64,000 nt of DNA from Nitrospinales bacterium (lineage in GTDB: Bacteria; Nitrospinota; Nitrospinia; Nitrospinales; VA-1): assembly GCA_965223795.1 (NCBI GenBank), contig CBDCXL010000002.1, forward strand, positions 416,001 to 480,000, written 5' to 3'. The first letter of the stretch is position 1. Each line of letters starts with the position of its first letter. Shown here in pieces: positions 1-9,098 of the stretch. The notes under the pieces are model-generated. The model was not told the origin of the DNA. It saw only the letters and a list, made by a program, of their open reading frames with translations, and ran no database searches. A program made the translations under genes and the position numbers.

Positions 1-1
1 G

Positions 2-412
2 ATCAACAGCCGCACGCCCATCCCCTTCAGCCGTGATGAGCAACAGGAGATGGACGATATGGAGGCAAAACTTTATTACCTCCCCGCCACGGAATTGGCC
101 AACGAAGTCGCCAAGACCGAACTGGCGACCAACATGGCCATGTGTGGCGCCATCTCGGCTGTTTTCGGGATGCCGGATCTGAAGTCCCTGGCGTTGTCCG
201 TTAAGGACCGCTTCATCGGTAAGGGCATCGTCGTTTCCGGTGGCACCGCCGCCCTCGACAGCGCCATCGAGAAAAAATTCGCCAAGAAGCAGAAACTTCT
301 GGAGGCGAATATGAAAACTCTTGAAGCCAGCTACACCTATATGATTGAAAAAGGCTGGGCGCATCCGGATGCAGCGCCTATCGATCTGGCAGCAAATATG
401 GCTACTGTCTAA
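2..412 (+). CDS. 2-oxoacid:ferredoxin oxidoreductase gamma subunit (5'-truncated by window edge)
   Basis: Frame open from base 2 (INSRTP...); C-terminal half has the gamma-subunit pattern YYLPATELA...TNMAMCGA; directly followed by an epsilon-like ferredoxin. Confidence 0.8.
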   Translation: MNSRTPIPFSRDEQQEMDDMEAKLYYLPATELANEVAKTELATNMAMCGAISAVFGMPDLKSLALSVKDRFIGKGIVVSGGTAALDSAIEKKFAKKQKLLEANMKTLEASYTYMIEKGWAHPDAAPIDLAANMATV

Positions 413-432
413 TATTTTTATTTGGAGAAACC

Positions 433-696
433 ATGTACTACGTAGCTCAAGTTGACAAGGACATCTGTTCGTCAAAGAACTGTTCTCTTTGTACGACCTA
501 CTGTCCTGAAGCAAACTGCATCAATTACAGCGAAGAGGACAAGTCCGCTTACGTTTCCGTAGACCGTTGCAAGGCTTGCGAAATCTGCGTCTATATCTGC
601 GATGAGATTGCCAAGAACAATGCGATTCAGATGAAATGGATCGACAACCTGGACGAAGGTTTTGTGATCAAAAAGACCGGGGTTGTTCTGCGGTAA
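433..696 (+). CDS. 2-oxoacid:ferredoxin oxidoreductase epsilon-type subunit (PorE/ForE-like 4Fe-4S protein)
   Basis: MYYVAQVD start; CxxxxCxxCxxxCP and CxxCxxCxxxC motifs; GGAG RBS; follows gamma subunit. Confidence 0.75.
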   Translation: MYYVAQVDKDICSSKNCSLCTTYCPEANCINYSEEDKSAYVSVDRCKACEICVYICDEIAKNNAIQMKWIDNLDEGFVIKKTGVVLR

Positions 697-717
697 CAGC
701 AGTTTGATTTAAAACGG

Positions 718-753
718 GGGTATTTGGGCGGCTGCGTCCAAATACCCTTTTTT
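718..753 (+). terminator. Rho-independent terminator of oxidoreductase operon
   Basis: Stem gggtatttgggcg / cgtccaaataccc, 4-nt loop, followed by T-run. Confidence 0.75.
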
Positions 754-789
754 ATTTGCATTGAACCTCTGAGAAAGGACTTTCCTTAC

Positions 790-1206
790 ATGGAACAAAC
801 CCTGGCCATCATCAAACCGGATGCCGTCGAACGCAACCTGATCGGGAAAATCATCGAACGCATCGAATCCAGCGGATTTCGCATCCTCGCCATGAAACGC
901 ACGAGCCTGACCAAGAAGGTGGCGGAAGGGTTTTACCATGTGCACAAAGAGCGGCCCTTCTTCAACGATCTGACGACATACATGAGTTCGGGCCCGGTGG
1001 TTCTGATGGTGCTGGGTAAGGAAAACGCCATATCGGGGTGGCGGGAGCTGATGGGCGCCACCAATCCCAAGGACGCAGCGGCGGGGACCATCCGCAAGGA
1101 TTTCGCCATCGACATCGAGAAAAATTCCTCGCACGGCTCCGACTCGGCGGAAAACGCGGCGTTCGAAATCCAGTATTTCTTCAGCCAGACGGAAATAACG
1201 CCATGA
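790..1206 (+). CDS. ndk: Nucleoside diphosphate kinase
   Basis: [28 protein letters not shown] motifs; ATG at 790 after aagga. Confidence 0.97.
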   Translation: MEQTLAIIKPDAVERNLIGKIIERIESSGFRILAMKRTSLTKKVAEGFYHVHKERPFFNDLTTYMSSGPVVLMVLGKENAISGWRELMGATNPKDAAAGTIRKDFAIDIEKNSSHGSDSAENAAFEIQYFFSQTEITP

Positions 1207-1736
1207 TTCAATCGACCCACACCACTAAATCGTTTGATCTGTCCGCAGCGTCTCGACGGACCGTCCGCCCGGCTTTATGGGGATGTCTTCTACTTATGTT
1301 ATTTTGGGCGAACGCGGCGCAGGCCGCGAAGCTGAAGACACCCGAGTACACGCTGTATAAAAACAGCGAAAATTACGGCATCGTGCTTTTTCCCAAAGGC
1401 AATGTGTATCCCGCGCTCGCCGATGCGTTGACGGCGCTTTTGTTTGAGCAGGTGGAATCGGGACAATCGGTGATGCGGTATGGAATCAAGGAAGAGAACG
1501 AGACCTTCATGATGCCGCTGGAGGTGCAGAAAAAACACCAGATCGAAAAATTTATTGTGATTCAAATCATCGCCGAAGATAGAATGTTGATCGGTGTGTA
1601 CGATCCGGAATGGGGCCTCACCCTGCCCTCTTCGGTGTTCACGCTGGAGCAGTTGAACGAGAATATACCCAAGACCTTGAACGTGTTTCGCGGCGACGCC
1701 CCCCGCCGGCAGATCCTGTGGGAGCCGCAAGGATGA
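1203..1736 (+). CDS. Hypothetical exported protein
   Basis: ATG overlaps ndk stop (ATGA); hydrophobic signal-like segment ending ANAAQA. Confidence 0.65.
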   Translation: MIQSTHTTKSFDLSAASRRTVRPALWGCLLLMLFWANAAQAAKLKTPEYTLYKNSENYGIVLFPKGNVYPALADALTALLFEQVESGQSVMRYGIKEENETFMMPLEVQKKHQIEKFIVIQIIAEDRMLIGVYDPEWGLTLPSSVFTLEQLNENIPKTLNVFRGDAPRRQILWEPQG

Positions 1737-1780
1737 GAAACACGCCGTATGGATCCGTGGATTCTGAGAGGTGATCAGCC

Positions 1781-1972
1781 ATGCCTGTTTACGAGTACCA
1801 ATGCGAAAAATGTAAAAAGAACTTCGAGTTTCTGCAGAAGGTCGACGACGCGCCGATTGAAAAGTGCGAGGAATGCGGCGGCGACCTGCACAAGACCTTC
1901 GGCAAGATGACGTTTCATCTGTACGGACCGGGGTTTTACACCACGGACAACAAGAAGAAATATCTGAAGTGA
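1781..1972 (+). CDS. FmdB-family zinc ribbon protein
   Basis: MPVYEYQCEKC...CEECGG...GPGFYTTD; gaggtg RBS. Confidence 0.9.
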   Translation: MPVYEYQCEKCKKNFEFLQKVDDAPIEKCEECGGDLHKTFGKMTFHLYGPGFYTTDNKKKYLK

Positions 1973-2067
1973 ACCGGGCAACGCACCGGCCCCCGGCCGT
2001 GAAACGCATTTCCCGAATATGAACTTTGCCGCGCAGGATCGCATCTGCCCGCGAATCCATTCAGCCT

Positions 2068-2493
2068 ATGATCTACATCACCCGGCGTCTCGAGTTCTGC
2101 GCCAGCCACCGCCTGTACAATCCCGATTTTTCCGATGACAAGAACGCCGAAGTGTTCGGCCTGTGCAACAATCCCAACGGGCATGGGCACAATTACGTTC
2201 TCGAGGTCACCGTGCGCGGCGAGGTCGCGCCGGAAACCGGGATGGTGCTCGACCTGAAAGCGCTCAAACGGATCATCCACGACGAGATCATCGAAAAAGT
2301 GGACCACAAAAACCTGAATGTCGATGTGGATTTCATGCGGGGCATCATTCCCACCGCGGAAAACATCGCCATCAAGTTCTGGGAAATCATCGCTCCAAAA
2401 ATCAAAAACGGAACGCTGCACGAGTTGAAACTGTACGAGTCCGAACGCAACTTCGTCGTCTACAGAGGAGCCGCCTGTGAAAGAGCTGATTGA
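2068..2493 (+). CDS. 6-pyruvoyl-tetrahydropterin synthase family protein (PTPS-II-like Cx5HGH motif)
   Basis: [38 protein letters not shown]; overlaps folE. Confidence 0.9.
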   Translation: MIYITRRLEFCASHRLYNPDFSDDKNAEVFGLCNNPNGHGHNYVLEVTVRGEVAPETGMVLDLKALKRIIHDEIIEKVDHKNLNVDVDFMRGIIPTAENIAIKFWEIIAPKIKNGTLHELKLYESERNFVVYRGAACERAD

Positions 2494-3034
2494 AAAAATC
2501 CTGATGGAGCTGGGAGAAGATCCGGCGCGCGAGGGTCTCGAAAACACGCCGGAGCGGGTCGAGAAATCGCTGAAATTTCTCACCAGCGGCTACATGACCA
2601 ACATCGACGATCTGGTCAACGGCGCCCTGTACGAAGAAGAGTACGATGAAATGGTCATCGTCAAGGACATCGACGTGTTCAGTCTGTGCGAGCACCACAT
2701 GCTGCCCTTTTTCGGCAAATGCCATGTGGCGTATCTGCCGAAGGGCAAGATCGTCGGGCTCAGCAAGGTGCCGCGCATCGTGGACGCGTACAGCCGCAGG
2801 CTGCAGGTGCAGGAACGGATGACCACGCAGGTGGCCGAGTGCCTGGACCGGATCCTCAAACCCAAAGGCGTGGGCGTGGTCATCGAAGCGCTGCATCTTT
2901 GCATGTCGATGCGGGGCGTCGAGAAGCAGAATTCCTACACCACCACCAGCGCCATGATCGGCTCGTTCAAAAACGACGCCCGCACGCGCGGCGAATTCCT
3001 CAACCTCATTCAGCCCCAGGGCACCCGGCGCTGA
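2477..3034 (+). CDS. folE: GTP cyclohydrolase I
   Basis: [42 protein letters not shown]. Confidence 0.97.
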   Translation: MKELIEKILMELGEDPAREGLENTPERVEKSLKFLTSGYMTNIDDLVNGALYEEEYDEMVIVKDIDVFSLCEHHMLPFFGKCHVAYLPKGKIVGLSKVPRIVDAYSRRLQVQERMTTQVAECLDRILKPKGVGVVIEALHLCMSMRGVEKQNSYTTTSAMIGSFKNDARTRGEFLNLIQPQGTRR

Positions 3035-3184
3035 TCCCTTCGCCCAGAACAAATAACCCACAATAACTCAATAATTTAGAAAACCACAGCCGGCGTGAAA
3101 ACGGTGGCCGGGCGGGGAACTTTTTCTCGACGCCCCCTGCCGCTGTAGTACAATATACCAAGGAGAACCTTCATAAAGGCCGAC

Positions 3185-4147
3185 TTGGACACCCTCAGCA
3201 AAGACATCACCCTCGACAATCACCGCCTGATTCCCGAGATCTTCGGGGTGCACGACCTCAATCTCAAGCTGATCGAAAAGAAGTTCGACGTGCGCATCAC
3301 GACGCGCGGCAACGAGATCAAGGTCAACGGCGCGGCCGCCGCGGTGACCGCCGTCGAGAGACTGCTGTTGCAGCTTGAAAAACTGTTCGCGGAAAAAAAC
3401 CCGCCGCAGAACGGAGACATCAAGTTCGCGATCCGGCTGGTGGCGGAAGACCCTGAGGCGGATCTCGTTTCCATCTTCACGGAACGGGTGGCGGTGTCGC
3501 CCTCGCGCGGATTCATCACGCCCAAAGGTTCGGCGCAGCGCGACCTGATCCAGTCCGCCAAGAAACGGGACATCATCATCGCCATCGGCCCGGCCGGAAC
3601 CGGCAAGACCTATCTGACGGTGGCGCTGGCGGTGGAGGGGCTGCTCAAACGCAAATTCAAGAAAATCGTGCTGGTGCGGCCCGCCGTGGAAGCAGGCGAA
3701 AAACTCGGCTTCCTGCCCGGCGACATCTCGGAAAAAATCCATCCCTACCTGATGCCGCTCTACGACGCGCTCAACGACATGATGGAAGTGAACCAGGTGT
3801 GGCAGCTCATTCAGGACGGGGTCATCGAGATCGCGCCGCTCGCCTACATGCGCGGGCGCACGCTCAACGACGCGTTCATCATCCTGGACGAAGCGCAGAA
3901 CTGCACGCGCGAGCAGATGAAGATGTTTCTCACGCGGCTCGGCTTTCATTCCAAGATGGTGGTCACCGGAGACATCACGCAGATCGACCTGCCGCGGCAC
4001 GCGGACTCGGGACTGATCGAAGTGGAAAAGCTGCTGCGCGGCGTGGAAGGCATCCGGTTCATCCATTTTTCCGAGAAAGACGTGGTGCGCCACGATCTGG
4101 TGAAAAAAATCATCTCCGCGTATGAAAAAAACGGCCTCCAACGCTGA
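3185..4147 (+). CDS. phoH: PhoH family ATPase
   Basis: GPAGTGKT, RPAVEAGEKLGFLPG, YMRGRT, ILDEAQN, TGDITQIDLP. Confidence 0.95.
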   Translation: MDTLSKDITLDNHRLIPEIFGVHDLNLKLIEKKFDVRITTRGNEIKVNGAAAAVTAVERLLLQLEKLFAEKNPPQNGDIKFAIRLVAEDPEADLVSIFTERVAVSPSRGFITPKGSAQRDLIQSAKKRDIIIAIGPAGTGKTYLTVALAVEGLLKRKFKKIVLVRPAVEAGEKLGFLPGDISEKIHPYLMPLYDALNDMMEVNQVWQLIQDGVIEIAPLAYMRGRTLNDAFIILDEAQNCTREQMKMFLTRLGFHSKMVVTGDITQIDLPRHADSGLIEVEKLLRGVEGIRFIHFSEKDVVRHDLVKKIISAYEKNGLQR

Positions 4148-4204
4148 CGCCCGCATGCCGGCACGCGCGTGCGCGGCCGCCTCAGGCGCCGCTTCTCCCT
4201 GCGC

Positions 4205-4666
4205 ATGACTGTCCTTCTGACCGACGAGCAGACGCAGCACCCGGTGGACGGCGACCGCTTGCGCGAACGCATGCGCACGGTGCTCACCGAGCTTGCGGCC
4301 GGAGACAAAGAGATCAGCATTCTTCTCACCGACGATACCGCCATCCGCGGGCTCAACCGGCAGTACCGGGAGCGCGACGCGGCCACCGATGTGCTGGCGT
4401 TTCCGCAGGAAGCGGAAGACAATTTCAGTTCCCATTTGCTCGGGGACGTGGTAGTGTCTGTGGAAACAGCACAACGGCAGGCGGCGGAACATCATCTGTC
4501 TTTGGACGAAGAGCTGGTTCTGCTTCTCATCCACGGTCTGTTGCATCTTCTGGGTTACGATCACGAAACCTCTCCTGAAGAGGCGGAACGCATGCGCGCG
4601 CAAACCTGGAAGTTGTTCGATACGGTGTTTCCGGGAAAAAAACCCTCCGAATCCTGCAATTACTGA
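4205..4666 (+). CDS. ybeY: rRNA maturation endoribonuclease YbeY
   Basis: LNRQYR, TDVLAF, LGDVVVS, HGLLHLLGYDH. Confidence 0.95.
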   Translation: MTVLLTDEQTQHPVDGDRLRERMRTVLTELAAGDKEISILLTDDTAIRGLNRQYRERDAATDVLAFPQEAEDNFSSHLLGDVVVSVETAQRQAAEHHLSLDEELVLLLIHGLLHLLGYDHETSPEEAERMRAQTWKLFDTVFPGKKPSESCNY

Positions 4667-4702
4667 ATTTTCCGTCTCACTCAAACACGGAGCGTGGCCC
4701 GC

Positions 4703-5188
4703 ATGGAACAGATCTGGGCTCCCTGGCGGATGGAATACATCAATTCGGAAAAATCCGGCGAGTGCATCTTCTGCACCCTTCCGAGCGCCGGCGACGATCC
4801 CAAGAACTTCATCCTGCACCGGGGACCGTTGTGCTTTGTCATCATGAACATCTTCCCCTACAACACCGGCCACCTCATGGTGTCCCCGTACCGGCATCTC
4901 GACTGCATCACCAAGCTGGACGACGCGGAAACCGGAGAGCTGAACCGGCTCACGAAAACCTGCGTGGAAATTTTAAGGGCCGACAAGAATCCGGAGGGGT
5001 TCAACATCGGCATCAATGTGGGGAAAGCGGGCGGCGCGGGGTTCGACGAGCACCTGCACATGCACATTGTCCCCCGCTGGATCGGGGACACCAACTACAT
5101 GCCCGTGCTCGCCGACACGAAAGTTCACCCGGAACATCTGCGCGCCACCTACGAAAAACTGAAACCGCTTTTTCAGAAAATCACCTGA
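4703..5188 (+). CDS. HIT family hydrolase
   Basis: WAPWR, CIFC, FPYNTGH, HLHMHIVPRW histidine triad. Confidence 0.92.
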   Translation: MEQIWAPWRMEYINSEKSGECIFCTLPSAGDDPKNFILHRGPLCFVIMNIFPYNTGHLMVSPYRHLDCITKLDDAETGELNRLTKTCVEILRADKNPEGFNIGINVGKAGGAGFDEHLHMHIVPRWIGDTNYMPVLADTKVHPEHLRATYEKLKPLFQKIT

Positions 5189-5206
5189 ATTCCAGGCCGA
5201 TCCTCG

Positions 5207-7867
5207 ATGAAGTCCGGCACTCCGTCTTTGCGCCCATCGGAAGAAGACACGCCCATGATGCAGCAGTACCACCGCATCAAACGGGAGTGCGCCGACGCCA
5301 TCCTGTTTTTCAGGATGGGCGATTTTTACGAGATGTTCCATGACGACGCAAAGGAGGCCTCGCCGATTCTGGAGATCGCCCTCACCTCCCGCAGCAAGAA
5401 CAAATCCCAGCCCATCCCGATGTGCGGGGTGCCGTACCATTCGGCGAACGTCTACATCTCCAAGCTGATCAAGGCCGGGAAAAAGGTGGCGATCTGCGAG
5501 CAGACCGAGGACCCCAAGCAGACCAAGGGCCTGGTGAAACGGGAGATCGTGCGCGTGGTGACACCGGGCACGGTGATCGACGACGCGCTGCTCGATCCCA
5601 AGGAAAACCATTTCATCGTCTCGCTCTACGGCGGGCGCGACGGGCTGGGGCTGGCCGCGCTGGACGTCTCCACCGGATTGTTCAAGGTGACGGAAATCCG
5701 CGGCGGGGACGCGGCGCTTGCGGATGAGCTGGAAAAACTGGATCCCAAGGAAGTGCTGACGCCGGAGACGCTGCCGGACGAGAGCGTGCTGCCCCGGCAT
5801 TGGGCGCACAACGGCGGACCGTTCCGGCACACGCTGGAGGACTGGAAATTTTCCCACGGCGAGGCGCGCGGCAAGCTCCTGGAACATTTCAAGACGCATT
5901 CTCTGGAAGGCTTCGGCTGCGAAGCGCTGGTGTACGCGGTGTGCGCGGCGGGGGCGCTGATCCGCTACCTGGAGGAAACGCAGAAATCCACGTTGCAGCA
6001 CATCCATTCGATCGCGCCGTTTCACATCGACGACCACATGCTGCTGGACCCGACGACGATCCAGAGTCTGGAGCTGGTGCGCTCGAGCGAGGGCAGCCGC
6101 AAACACTCCCTGCTCGATCTTCTCGACGGCTCCAAGACGCCGCTGGGCGCGCGCCGGATCAAGGAATGGATTCTCAAACCGCTGGTGAAGCGTGAGGACA
6201 TCGAGTCGCGGCTGGACAAAGTCGGCGCGTTCAAGGAAAACGTCCTGCTCAGAAACGACCTGCGCGACCTGCTTGCGCGGGTGCACGATCTGGAACGGCT
6301 GACCGGCCGCATCGCGCTCGCCGTGTGCAGCGCGCGCGATCTGGTGGCGCTCAAAAACTCGATCGCGACGTTTCCCAAAATACGCGAACTGCTGCAAGCC
6401 GCCCCGGCACCGGCGGTGCAGGCGATCACGCAGGACTGGGACGATCTTGCCGACCTGTTCAAGCTGATCGATACGAACATCGCCGACGAGCCGCCGTTGA
6501 ACTTCAAAGAAGGCAACGTCCTCAAACCGGGCTGCGATCCCGAACTCGACCGGCTGCGCGCGATCCGCAAGGACGGCAAACAGTGGATCACGGCGCTGGA
6601 AGCGAAAGAAAAAGAGCGCACCGGCATCCCGGCGCTCAAGGTGGGCTACAACAAAATCTACGGTTTCTACCTGGAGGTGACGAAAAAGCACCAGGACAAA
6701 ATTCCCAAAGAGTACATCCGCAAGCAGTCTCTGGTGAACGCCGAGCGCTTCGTCTCCCCGGAGCTGAAGGAACAGGAAGCGGAGATCCTGGAGGCCGAGG
6801 AAAGGATGATCGCGCGGGAGCAGTCCCTGTTCCAGGAGATCCGCGCCCGCATCGCCGACGAGGGCGCGCGCGTCCAGCACATGGCGCGCATCCTCGGCGA
6901 GACCGACGCGCTGCTGGCGTTCGCGGAAACGGCGCACCGGCACAACTACTGCCGGCCGGTGACCGGCGGGGACACGGAACTCGTCCTCACCAACAGCCGG
7001 CATCCGCTGGTCGAGCGGCTGGCGCCCGCCGGTCAGTTCATCGCCAACGACGTGCATCTGGACACGCAGGACCGGCAGATCCTGATCCTCACCGGCCCCA
7101 ACATGGCGGGCAAATCGACCTACCTGAGGCAGGTGGCGCTGATCACGCTGATGGCGCAGATCGGCTGTTTCGTGCCGGCGGAATCGGCGCACATCGGTCT
7201 GGTGGACCGCATCTTCTCGCGCGTCGGGGCGCAGGACCACCTGCTCAAGGGCGAATCGACGTTCATGGTGGAGATGAACGAGACCGCCAACATCCTCAAC
7301 AACGCGACGTCCAGCAGTCTCATCATTCTGGATGAGATCGGCCGCGGCACCAGCACCTTCGACGGCATCAGCATCGCCTGGTCGATCGTGGAATACCTGC
7401 ACCGGGACAACCGCGGACAGGGCGGCCCCAAGACGCTGTTCGCGACGCATTATCACGAACTGACGGAACTGGCACTGGTGCTGGAGGGCGTGAAAAACGC
7501 CAATGTCCAGGTCAAGGAGTGGAACGAGGAGATCATTTTCTTAAGGAAGATCGCCCCCGGCGGCGCGGACAAGAGCTACGGCATTCAGGTGGCGCGTCTG
7601 GCCGGGCTGCCAGACCGGGTGATCCGGCGCGCGGTGGAGGTGCTGGACAATCTTGAAAAAAACGAGTTCGACGCACTGGGCCTGCCGAAAATCTCGCATT
7701 CCGAGATACCGTCTGTCCCGCCCGATCAAATGACCCTGTTCGGCCAGGAAACCCATCCGGTGCTGAACAGACTGAAAAGCGTGAAGCCCGACGAACTCAC
7801 GCCGAGGCAGGCCCTGGACCTCGTGTACGAACTCGCGGCGCTGGAAAAGGAGAACCGGAGTGCGTGA
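5207..7867 (+). CDS. mutS: DNA mismatch repair protein MutS
   Basis: TPMMQQY, FFRMGDFYE, TGPNMAGKST, STFMVEM, DEIGRGTST, SYGIQVA. Confidence 0.98.
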   Translation: MKSGTPSLRPSEEDTPMMQQYHRIKRECADAILFFRMGDFYEMFHDDAKEASPILEIALTSRSKNKSQPIPMCGVPYHSANVYISKLIKAGKKVAICEQTEDPKQTKGLVKREIVRVVTPGTVIDDALLDPKENHFIVSLYGGRDGLGLAALDVSTGLFKVTEIRGGDAALADELEKLDPKEVLTPETLPDESVLPRHWAHNGGPFRHTLEDWKFSHGEARGKLLEHFKTHSLEGFGCEALVYAVCAAGALIRYLEETQKSTLQHIHSIAPFHIDDHMLLDPTTIQSLELVRSSEGSRKHSLLDLLDGSKTPLGARRIKEWILKPLVKREDIESRLDKVGAFKENVLLRNDLRDLLARVHDLERLTGRIALAVCSARDLVALKNSIATFPKIRELLQAAPAPAVQAITQDWDDLADLFKLIDTNIADEPPLNFKEGNVLKPGCDPELDRLRAIRKDGKQWITALEAKEKERTGIPALKVGYNKIYGFYLEVTKKHQDKIPKEYIRKQSLVNAERFVSPELKEQEAEILEAEERMIAREQSLFQEIRARIADEGARVQHMARILGETDALLAFAETAHRHNYCRPVTGGDTELVLTNSRHPLVERLAPAGQFIANDVHLDTQDRQILILTGPNMAGKSTYLRQVALITLMAQIGCFVPAESAHIGLVDRIFSRVGAQDHLLKGESTFMVEMNETANILNNATSSSLIILDEIGRGTSTFDGISIAWSIVEYLHRDNRGQGGPKTLFATHYHELTELALVLEGVKNANVQVKEWNEEIIFLRKIAPGGADKSYGIQVARLAGLPDRVIRRAVEVLDNLEKNEFDALGLPKISHSEIPSVPPDQMTLFGQETHPVLNRLKSVKPDELTPRQALDLVYELAALEKENRSA

Positions 7868-7910
7868 TATTCGCGCAATACGCATTTCCTGACACGCGTC
7901 CGCTTCATTA

Positions 7911-8038
7911 GAAATCGTTGCAAAAGTCTCTTGTTTGTCATGCTGAGCTTGTCGAAGCATGATTCAGGAAACCCTTCGACAAGCTCAGGGTGACATCCAT
8001 TTTCGATTTCTTTTCCGTTCGGCTTATCCAACGATATC
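7911..8038. mobile_element. ~128-bp MITE-like element: degenerate 18-bp terminal inverted repeats enclosing a REP-A doublet
   Basis: Left gaaatcgttgcaaaagtc (7911-7928), right ggcttatccaacgatatc (8021-8038); same layout as 58048-58176 in opposite orientation. Confidence 0.6.
7936..7995. repeat. REP-A palindromic doublet
   Basis: tgtcatgctgagcttgtcgaagca...cccttcgacaagctcagggtgaca; related copies at 31693, 42961 and 58092. Confidence 0.9.
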
Positions 8039-8189
8039 ATATTGGAAAAGCGATATTTCTATCGCCGGGACGAACGCGTTTGCCTTAAATTTTTCAAACA
8101 CTTTTTATCCTTTTTCCGCATGTTTTTCCCTTCTTTCGAACTCGTGCCCGTGACCGGGATCACAAGCATAAGCCCCGTTTTTTACTGAC

Positions 8190-8218
8190 TTTACATCCTC
8201 TCCGAAATGAGGTATCTT
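8190..8218 (+). promoter_or_regulatory. Putative sigma70 promoter for DUF4390-ntrY
   Basis: TTTACA-17 nt-TATCTT. Confidence 0.45.
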
Positions 8219-8396
8219 AGAAGCAGCGGGAATCCCGCGTTTTTCGGGCTCCCGGCGCAGGCTCATTATCAGGAAGATGGATACCTTGTGTGCAGGAGGT
8301 TGAATACCGCGTATACCGAATTAATCGTTGCAGATCCGCATTCATGACCGTATTGAATAGTTAGGTTTTCAACCTGTTTTTTACCGGAGGAGAGGC

Positions 8397-9098
8397 TTGG
8401 ACCTTTCGACTATTCGCAGGACTTCAGTGGTTCCATTCAAAACCGGCGGGATCGCCGGGTTGTTTTTCTTTTTGCTCGTGTTCGCGACGCCCGTCTTTGC
8501 GGACACGCCCGCCATCGCCAACCTGGAAGTCAACACCCAGGGCCGTTACATGACGATGGACGCCGATCTGGTGGATGGATTCACCGGGAAAATCGTCGAA
8601 GCGATTGAAAGCGGGGTCCCGATGACCTTCACCTTTCAAATCGAGCTGAGAAAGCACAATCCTCTCTGGGCCGACGAGTTGATCCGTTCCAACACCATCC
8701 ACCACACGGTTCAGTACGATTCGCTCAAGAAGGCGTACCGTTTTTCCGAAGTCGGCAAGAACGTGAACCGCAAGATCATCACCCGCAAAAAGAGCCGCTA
8801 CCGGCACCTGATGTCGACGTTGAAAAACATCCCCATCGCGCCGCTTTACCGGCTCGATCCCAACGAAGACTATTACGTCCGGGTCAAGGCCGACCTGGAG
8901 ATGGACCGATTCTGGTTTCCGTTCAATTATTTATTTTTCTTCGTTCCTTTCAATGACTTCGAAACCCAGTGGACCGAAACGGCCTCCGTCACCGTGGTTG
9001 CGGATGCGGACGCCCCGGACGAAGAGTTTGCCGGCAGTCCGCGGGAAGACCGGCCGTCCAAGGGGTTGAATCATGTCATCCGGTCTTTTAACAAATAA
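8397..9098 (+). CDS. DUF4390-like periplasmic protein
   Basis: Signal peptide (FATPVFA), AIESGVPMTFTF, FPFNYLFFF...FETQW; typical position upstream of an NtrY-like kinase; TTG start after ggaggag. Confidence 0.75.
   Translation: MDLSTIRRTSVVPFKTGGIAGLFFFLLVFATPVFADTPAIANLEVNTQGRYMTMDADLVDGFTGKIVEAIESGVPMTFTFQIELRKHNPLWADELIRSNTIHHTVQYDSLKKAYRFSEVGKNVNRKIITRKKSRYRHLMSTLKNIPIAPLYRLDPNEDYYVRVKADLEMDRFWFPFNYLFFFVPFNDFETQWTETASVTVVADADAPDEEFAGSPREDRPSKGLNHVIRSFNK

Noticed and set aside
3068..7456. Long antisense ORFs (e.g. 3068-4897, 4973-7456; also 20403-22274, 34126-36318, 39295-41757)
   Set aside because: Shadow frames of well-supported genes in high-GC DNA, with no recognisable motifs
7541..8153. 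ORFs 7541-7960, 7726-8040, 7959-8153 (and similar 31723-31911, 58115-58552)
   Set aside because: They translate through REP-A repeats (LRQAQHD, CHPELVEG, FDKLSMT) or lie antisense to real genes
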